Below are positions 6,866 to 12,733 of a DNA stretch of 12,733 nucleotides, in pieces. The translations under genes and the position numbers were made by a program. Location of the stretch: contig JBGQGY010000106.1 of the NCBI GenBank assembly GCA_041497675.1, positions 1 through 12,733 of the forward strand, read 5' to 3'. The notes under the pieces were generated by a model that had not been told where the DNA came from, did no database searches, and saw only the letters and a list, made by a program, of their open reading frames with translations. Numbering within the stretch: position 1 is the first letter of the stretch; the number at the start of each line of letters is the position of its first letter. This DNA comes from a bacterium. Lineage in GTDB: Bacteria > Sysuimicrobiota > Sysuimicrobiia > Sysuimicrobiales > Humicultoraceae.

Positions 6866-8820
6866 CAGATGGCCCGCGCGACGCGGGTGGCCTCCAACAT
6901 GGCATCGTGCACTCGGCGGGGGGCCAGTGCGTCGCCGATCAGATGTATGGCCGGTCCGGTGTCCTGGAGCGCTTGAAAGAGCTCGTCATCCGCGCGGCCG
7001 CCGCAGGCCGAGACGATCGAATCGCATTCCAGCGATACGGTGGCGCCCGTCAGGATGTGCTGGGCGATCACCATGCCCGGTCGAAGCTCGGCCGCGGTGT
7101 AGAGCGGCAGGCACTCCACGCCCCGCGTCAGCAGCCGTTGCAGGATGATCGGCTTCAGGGTGTCGTCGATCGCGTCCCCGATCGTCTGAAACGGGCTGAT
7201 GAGACGTACCTGACAGCCTTGCCCGGCGAGGAAGTCCGCCGTGGTCGGTCCGGTCATGTGGGGGTCTTCCGCGAGCACGACCACGCGCCGCCCCACCGCC
7301 GCGTCGCCGTCGAGCACCTCGCGGGCGGCGATGACCTTCGTCGCCGCGCCATTCGCCGCCGACGGCGGCCGGGGGATCGACCCCGTCGCGATGATCACGA
7401 CGTCGGGTCGCAGCGCCAGCACGTCGTCTCGGGTCGCAGACACACCGAGTCGCACGTCGACCTTGTGGACGTGCACCTGCGCGGCCAGCCACCTGGCGAT
7501 CCCGATGTACTCAGCGCGCCCCGGCGCCCGCGCCGCGGTGAGGACCTGACCGCCAAGCTCTCGCCGCCGCTCGAAGAGCGTGACCGCATGCCCCCGCGCC
7601 GCCGCCACCCGCGCGGCTTCGAGTCCCCCCGGCCCGCCACCAACGACGACCACCCGTCGGGGTGATCGCGTCGCCTGCAGGTCGCCGAGTTCAGCCTCGC
7701 GGCCGATCGAGGGATTGTGCACGCATTCGATCGACAGTCCCTGGTAGAGGCGCCCGATGCATCCTTCATTCGCCCCGACACACAGGCGGATCTCCTCCGT
7801 GTGTCCGGCCTGCGCCTTGCGCGGCATGTCGGGGTCGGCGATGATGGCGCGCGTCATCCCGATCAGGTCGGCGGCGCCGTCGGCCAGGGCGGTCTCGGCC
7901 TCCTCGGGGTGCACGATCCGGCCGGCGTAAAGCACCGGCACGCTGAGCGCGCGCTTGTAGGCCGCGGCCAGGGGCAGATAGATCCCGTGCGGGAAATAGC
8001 TCGACGGGACGTGCCTGGGCCGGCCCTGCAACGACTTGACGGTCCCGCCTGTCACCGAAAACACGTCGATCAGCATGAGCGCGTCGAGACGCCGGGCCAC
8101 CTCGAGCCGCTCATCCGGTGACAGCTCACCGGGGAGAAAGTCATCGCCGCTCACGCGCACGAACAGCAGCGGGTTCGATCCGATCGCCTCGCGAACCGCG
8201 CGCAGCACGTCGGTGGGGAACCTGAGACGGCGCTCGAACGTCCCGCCGTACGCGTCGGTGCGCCGGTTGGCGGCCGGAGACAAGAACGCGTCCGGGAGCA
8301 TATCGCCGAACATGGCGATCTCGACGCCATCAAACCCCGCACGGCACGTGCGCTCGGCGGCCGCCGCATAGGCATCGACGACCATGCGGATGTCGGCGGT
8401 GGACATCGCGTGCGGGATCTCGCCGGTCCGCTCATTGGGCTGATCCGACGGAAACAGCAACGGGCGCCGGGACGCCAGCGAGCTGGCTCGCCGCCCGCGG
8501 TGGACGAGCTGGCAGGTGATCAGCGCGCCGTACGCATGCACCGCGTCCGCCAGCGCACGGAACGGCGGGATGATGCTCTCATCATAGTTGTTGATGTTGC
8601 CGGCCCCGCCCGGCGAGGTCGGGTGGACGCTCGTGGTCCCAAACGCCTGGACCAGCCCGGCCCCGCCCTTCGCCTTCTCCACGTGATAGCGGATATAGCG
8701 ATCACCGGGCAGCCCGTTGACGCCGAAGTGGGCGTCGTGCGACGTGCTGACGATCCGGTTCTTCACCGTGACCCGGCCCAGCGCGAGGGGCGAGAACAAT
8801 CGGGGAAACGCCTCTGACAT
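6865..8820 (-). CDS. multidomain OYE-family flavoenzyme (FMN TIM barrel, Fe-S motif, FAD/NAD domain; FadH/TMADH/DgcA-like)
   Basis: ATG 8820 with AGGAGG SD, 651 aa. Motifs KNRIVSTSH, QLVHRGR, GFDGVEI, NRRTDAYGG, CVGANEGC..CVHNP, VVVVGGGPGGLEAA, IIATGS, IGDALAPR. Confidence 0.92.
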   Translation of the reverse strand: MSEAFPRLFSPLALGRVTVKNRIVSTSHDAHFGVNGLPGDRYIRYHVEKAKGGAGLVQAFGTTSVHPTSPGGAGNINNYDESIIPPFRALADAVHAYGALITCQLVHRGRRASSLASRRPLLFPSDQPNERTGEIPHAMSTADIRMVVDAYAAAAERTCRAGFDGVEIAMFGDMLPDAFLSPAANRRTDAYGGTFERRLRFPTDVLRAVREAIGSNPLLFVRVSGDDFLPGELSPDERLEVARRLDALMLIDVFSVTGGTVKSLQGRPRHVPSSYFPHGIYLPLAAAYKRALSVPVLYAGRIVHPEEAETALADGAADLIGMTRAIIADPDMPRKAQAGHTEEIRLCVGANEGCIGRLYQGLSIECVHNPSIGREAELGDLQATRSPRRVVVVGGGPGGLEAARVAAARGHAVTLFERRRELGGQVLTAARAPGRAEYIGIARWLAAQVHVHKVDVRLGVSATRDDVLALRPDVVIIATGSIPRPPSAANGAATKVIAAREVLDGDAAVGRRVVVLAEDPHMTGPTTADFLAGQGCQVRLISPFQTIGDAIDDTLKPIILQRLLTRGVECLPLYTAAELRPGMVIAQHILTGATVSLECDSIVSACGGRADDELFQALQDTGPAIHLIGDALAPRRVHDAMLEATRVARAI

Positions 8821-8858
8821 CGCCGACCTCCTGGAGAGGGAAGGAAAAACGCGGGCGG

Positions 8859-8882
8859 GTGGTATATTACGTGGCATATCCA
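8859..8882. promoter_or_regulatory. candidate GntR/FadR-type operators overlapping an extended -10 element in the divergent intergenic region
   Basis: GTGGTATATTAC GTGGCATATCCA: two near-palindromes resembling TGGTATACCA, 12 bp apart. TG-G-TATATT (8860-8868) is an extended -10 on +; TAATAT lies on -. Confidence 0.6.
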
Positions 8883-8907
8883 GCCAGCCCTGCCGGGGAA
8901 ACACATC

Positions 8908-9594
8908 GTGAGCCGCGAGACCGCGACCAGACTGCTTGGTGACGATCGTCTGTCAAAGCGCGCGTCCGTCGTATACCGCACATTGAAGCATGATCTCATT
9001 ACCGGCCGCATCCAGCCCGGCGGATTTCTCCACGAGATCAAGATCGCGGGGCGGTTCCGCATCAGCAAGAGTCCCGTCCGCGACGCCCTGAGCGTGCTGC
9101 GGGCCGAGGGGTACGTCGACGTCGTCCCCAGGCGCGGGTACATCGCCACACAGGTCAGCCTGCGGGAGTTTCACGAGGTCTTCGGGCTGCGCGCCCTGCT
9201 CGAGAGCGAGGCGGCCGCTCTGGCCGCGGGACGGGACGGACCAAGCCTCGCGGGGCGCCTGGCGGACCTCGAAGCCGAAGGCCGGACGGCCAAAGACGAA
9301 GACCGACCCGAGGCCTACGTCGAGATCAACCGCCGGTTTCACCTGGCGATCGCGGATGCGGCCGGGCATGCGCTGCTGGCCCGATGGATCGAGCAGCTCC
9401 TCGATCGCGCGGAGCGCATCATCTGGCTGGGCGTGGCCCGCCGCATGACCAGTGACGACATCTACCACGAGACCGACGAGTTGATCGAGGCGATCCGCCG
9501 CGGGAAGTCCGACGGCGCGCGCCGCGCCATGAGCGTGCATATCGACAACATGCGCCGGCGACTCCTCACGACGGGCATGGGACCCACCTCGTGA
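8908..9594 (+). CDS. GntR family transcriptional regulator (FCD domain)
   Basis: wHTH IAGRFRISKSPVRDALSVLRAEGYVDVVPRRGY; FCD motifs LRALLESEAA, NRRFHLAIADAAGH, AMSVHI. Confidence 0.93.
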   Translation: MSRETATRLLGDDRLSKRASVVYRTLKHDLITGRIQPGGFLHEIKIAGRFRISKSPVRDALSVLRAEGYVDVVPRRGYIATQVSLREFHEVFGLRALLESEAAALAAGRDGPSLAGRLADLEAEGRTAKDEDRPEAYVEINRRFHLAIADAAGHALLARWIEQLLDRAERIIWLGVARRMTSDDIYHETDELIEAIRRGKSDGARRAMSVHIDNMRRRLLTTGMGPTS

Positions 9595-10412
9595 CCACGC
9601 CGTTTGCCCGCGACACGCTCCGAAAGATCGAGCCCTCGCTGCTGCGGGCCGTAATGCGCGAGCGCACACATCACAGCTTCGAGTACGTCCTGTACCGGGC
9701 GATCTTCGGCGGCGGAAAACTGTCCGAGGGCGCGATCACCAAGGTCGAAGATATCCTGGCGCTCTGCCGCGAGCGGGGTCTCTCCCCCGATTTGCCGGAC
9801 ATGCGATGGGCGCAGACGCTGCTCGACCTGGCGAAGGCCCTGCGCGCCGGCACGCCGCCCAAGGTCGCGGCCGAGCGTCCCGTGCCCTTCGACGCCCAAG
9901 GCCTGGCAGCAGTAGACTCCCTGCTCTTTGGACGGCGGTCGATCCGGCTGTGGACCGACGATCCGGTGCCCGAGAGACTGATCGAACGCGTCATCGACGC
10001 AGGCCTGTGGGCGCCCCATGCCTGCAACCTCCAGAACACGCGCGTCATCATCGTGAGCAAGGAGACCGCGAAGCAGCTGTTGCCGGGCGGAGAGACGCGG
10101 GGCGCCGCGGTCTATCTCGTGATCTGCCGCGATCTGCGGGCGTACGAGCACTACGCGGCGACGGTGCCGCTCCACAATCGCGGTCTGGATGCCGGCGCCG
10201 CCGTGCAGAACATGCTGCTGATGGTCCACGCGCTCGGATTGGGCGCGGTGTGGGGCACGTTCGACGATCCGATCGCGCTGCGGATTCGCAAGCATTTCAA
10301 TGTTCCCGCCCACATCGAACTGATCACCTACATCGGGTTGGGGTGGCCGGCCGAAGCGCATATCGCTCCCGGCCGTCTGGCCGTTGAGGATGCCGTGGTG
10401 GCCCGCGGATGA
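9591..10412 (+). CDS. nitroreductase-family flavoprotein with ~100-aa N-terminal extension
   Basis: RRSIR FMN motif, WAPHACNLQ, DAGAAVQNMLLMVHALGLGAVW, IGLGWP. GTGA overlap with gntR. Confidence 0.88.
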   Translation: MTTPFARDTLRKIEPSLLRAVMRERTHHSFEYVLYRAIFGGGKLSEGAITKVEDILALCRERGLSPDLPDMRWAQTLLDLAKALRAGTPPKVAAERPVPFDAQGLAAVDSLLFGRRSIRLWTDDPVPERLIERVIDAGLWAPHACNLQNTRVIIVSKETAKQLLPGGETRGAAVYLVICRDLRAYEHYAATVPLHNRGLDAGAAVQNMLLMVHALGLGAVWGTFDDPIALRIRKHFNVPAHIELITYIGLGWPAEAHIAPGRLAVEDAVVARG

Positions 10413-11605
10413 TCGATCGGGATTTTCTGACCGAAGCGCTGGTGCGCCTGGCGAAGAGTCCGACGGACGTTCCGGTCGGGCAGACCGAGCTCGCCCCTGA
10501 CGATCCGAAGATCACCACGTATGTGCGACGCGTCCTCGGCCCCGCGCTTGCAGAGGTGGGTGTCCCCCTCGCAACGGTCGATGACTGGAACAACGGCGTC
10601 GGATTCCTGGGCCCAGAAGATACGGCCCCTGCGCTGTTGTTGATGCTCTACACGACGTCGCAGCACGGTAACTTCACCGACGACACGCTCGAAGGCCGGC
10701 TCGGGGACGGCTCGGCGTTTGGCGTCAACGAACCCTGCGTGTTCGGCAAAGGCACGAACCAGGGCAAAGCCCCCGCCGCTGCCGTGCTCGCGGCCCTCAA
10801 GATGCTGCGCGACACGGGGGCGCGTCTGAAGCGGCGCCTCGTGATCGCGGTCAACACCGAGGGCCGCAGCAGCCACAGCTGCTCGGCTCGGCTGATCGAC
10901 GAGCACGGCGTGCGCGCCGACCAGGGGATCGTCTGCATCGGGACGGGGAACGAGATCGTGCTCGGGAACCGCGGTCGCGTCGACATCCGGGTGACGGTGG
11001 GCGGTCGATCGGCACACAGCAGCCATCCGGAGCTGGGCGTCAACGCCATACAGGGGGCCAACGACGTCCTCAACCGGCTCGCCGGGCTGACGTTCCCAAA
11101 GCGCCATCCCAATCTCGGCCCGGAACAGATGACGGTCTACAAACTCGTGTGCACGCCCATCGCGCCCCACACGCTCCCCGACCGCTGCGAGCTCACGCTC
11201 GACCGGCGCCTGCTCCCCGGCACCGCGATCGACGCGGCGATTGATGAGATCCGGGCGGCGGTCGACGGCAGCGGGCCGTGGAAAGTCACCGTCGAGCCGG
11301 GCGCGTCGATGCTCCCGGCCGAGGTCCCGGTCGACGCGCCGGTCGTCCGCGCGCTCGACCGGGCCACCCGCGAGGTCACGGGCCACCCCGCCGCCACCGT
11401 GTACGCGGGGTATACCTTCGACGCGGGCTATGCGTGCGCGAAGGGCATCCCCACGGTGATGTTCGGACCGGCGATGCGCGGACGGACACGCGGCCTCGCC
11501 AACGACGTGACCGCGACGGAGTTCGTGCCCCTCTCGGTCGTTCACGAAAGCGCGGAGATCTATCTCCGCACGATCCGGACGTTGTGCGGGGTGACGGACG
11601 CGTAA
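10409..11605 (+). CDS. M20 family (ArgE/DapE-like) protein with non-canonical active site
   Basis: Dimerisation-domain motif GRSAHSSHPELGVNAI, LPDRCELTLDRRLLPG, DAGY..KGIPTVMFGP. ATGA overlap with the upstream gene. Confidence 0.85.
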   Translation: MIDRDFLTEALVRLAKSPTDVPVGQTELAPDDPKITTYVRRVLGPALAEVGVPLATVDDWNNGVGFLGPEDTAPALLLMLYTTSQHGNFTDDTLEGRLGDGSAFGVNEPCVFGKGTNQGKAPAAAVLAALKMLRDTGARLKRRLVIAVNTEGRSSHSCSARLIDEHGVRADQGIVCIGTGNEIVLGNRGRVDIRVTVGGRSAHSSHPELGVNAIQGANDVLNRLAGLTFPKRHPNLGPEQMTVYKLVCTPIAPHTLPDRCELTLDRRLLPGTAIDAAIDEIRAAVDGSGPWKVTVEPGASMLPAEVPVDAPVVRALDRATREVTGHPAATVYAGYTFDAGYACAKGIPTVMFGPAMRGRTRGLANDVTATEFVPLSVVHESAEIYLRTIRTLCGVTDA

Positions 11606-12733
11606 TGCCGGAGAGCCTGGCCATCCGCGGCGCGACCATCATCACGATGGACGACGACCGCACCGTGATTCCCGAGGGCACCGTCGTCGTCGAGGGCGGC
11701 CGGTTCGCGGCCGTGGAACCCGGTGCGCGCGATCCGAAGGCCGACCGCCTCATCGATGGGCGCGGCCAAGTGCTGCTCCCCGGTCTGATCAACTGCCACA
11801 TGCACACGCGCCCCGGACGCGCCCTGGGTGACGGTCTCTCGCTGTTCGAGTGGCACGCGCTGTACCCCGATAATCTGTGCCGCATCATGACGCCTGAGGA
11901 TTCGCGCGCGGGCAGTCTGGTGGCGTTCGCCGAATCCCTCAAGGGCGGCACGACGACCGCCATCGATATGACCTGCAAACCGTCCGGCGCCGTGGCCGCC
12001 GCCGAAGAAATCGGCATCCGGGCGGTGATCGTGCCCCTGGCGGCCGACGCCGATCGGGCGGACGGCGGCGCCTGTGACGCCTATCAAGAGGTCCTCCCGG
12101 CCATCGCCGCGGAGACGCCGCGCCTAGCGCGCGGCCGCGTGCAGTATTGGCTCGGGTTCGACGCGATCAACGGCGTCGGCGAGCCCACGCTGCGGCAGAT
12201 GAGTGAGGACGCGCGGCGTCTGGATGTCGGCATCCACGGCCACATGTCCGAGTCGCAGGACGACACCGGGTGGGCGCCCAAGACGCTTGGGATCGATCCG
12301 GCGGCCTACCTGGCGCGGGCGGGGATTCTCGGGCCCCGCACCATCCTCGCGCACTGCAACTGGCTGACCGATGACGAGATCCGGCTGCTCGCCTCGTCGC
12401 GGACGAGCGTGTCTCACAACCCCACGAGCAACATGAAGCTCGGTACGGGCGTGTGCCCGGTCGCGGCGCTGCAGCGGGCCGGGGTCAACCTGGGGCTGGG
12501 CACCGACGGCATGCTGTCGAACTTTCACCTCGACATGTTCGAGGTGATGCGCGGGGCGTGCATGCTGCAGCGCATTCACCACCTCGACGCCGCCGCGCTC
12601 TCGAGCTGGCAGGCCCTGGAGATGGCCACGCGGGGCGGGGCGCGCGCTGTCGGGCTTGGCGACGAGCTCGGGGCCATCACCACCGGCCGGCGGGCGGACG
12701 CCATCCTGGTGAACTTTGACCAGGTCCACCTGC
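11605..12733 (+). CDS. metal-dependent amidohydrolase (MtaD/SsnA/Atz-Trz deaminase-like), runs off the right edge
   Basis: Absent from the ORF track because there is no stop in the window. ATG 11605 overlaps TAA. Translation MPESLAIRGATIITMD...PGLINCHMH...GGTTT...HGHMSES...LAHCNW...HNPTSNMKLGTG...LGTDG...ADAILV. Confidence 0.93.
   Translation, partial: MPESLAIRGATIITMDDDRTVIPEGTVVVEGGRFAAVEPGARDPKADRLIDGRGQVLLPGLINCHMHTRPGRALGDGLSLFEWHALYPDNLCRIMTPEDSRAGSLVAFAESLKGGTTTAIDMTCKPSGAVAAAEEIGIRAVIVPLAADADRADGGACDAYQEVLPAIAAETPRLARGRVQYWLGFDAINGVGEPTLRQMSEDARRLDVGIHGHMSESQDDTGWAPKTLGIDPAAYLARAGILGPRTILAHCNWLTDDEIRLLASSRTSVSHNPTSNMKLGTGVCPVAALQRAGVNLGLGTDGMLSNFHLDMFEVMRGACMLQRIHHLDAAALSSWQALEMATRGGARAVGLGDELGAITTGRRADAILVNFDQVHL

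Noticed and set aside
6436..7665. Long alternative-frame and antisense ORFs (also 861-2096, 1235-2089, 3185-3892, 8953-9669, 9462-10361, 10328-11545, 11376-12017, 12124-12729)
   Set aside because: Arg/Pro/Ala-rich shadows expected in high-GC DNA, overlapping genes with clear family motifs.
8821..8904. 28-aa N-terminal extension of the OYE ORF
   Set aside because: A strong AGGAGG SD precedes ATG 8820, and the extension covers the operator/promoter region.

Overview
High-GC bacterial window with three modules. (1) 1-4297: a minus-strand cell-envelope glycosylation locus (secreted TPR protein, GT-C/GT87-like glycosyltransferase, membrane-anchored hypothetical protein, truncated probable flippase). 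It is interrupted by an antisense two-gene unit: a polytopic membrane protein with two D-x3-H-x12/13-H motifs spaced like the PmoC/AmoC copper sites, plus an unannotated 35-aa membrane peptide. (2) 4423-5996: an AlpA/excisionase-like HTH gene divergent from a Phd/YefM-VapC toxin-antitoxin pair with tandem operators, followed 2 nt later by an RqcP/YabO-like S4 protein. (3) 5957-12733: a GntR-associated divergent catabolic cluster. Leftward are an atypical OYE-family flavoenzyme and an EamA transporter; rightward are GntR, a nitroreductase, an M20-fold protein apparently lacking all metal ligands, and a truncated amidohydrolase. No rRNA, tRNA, CRISPR array or transposase is visible. All family calls come from motif recognition by eye; no searches were run.
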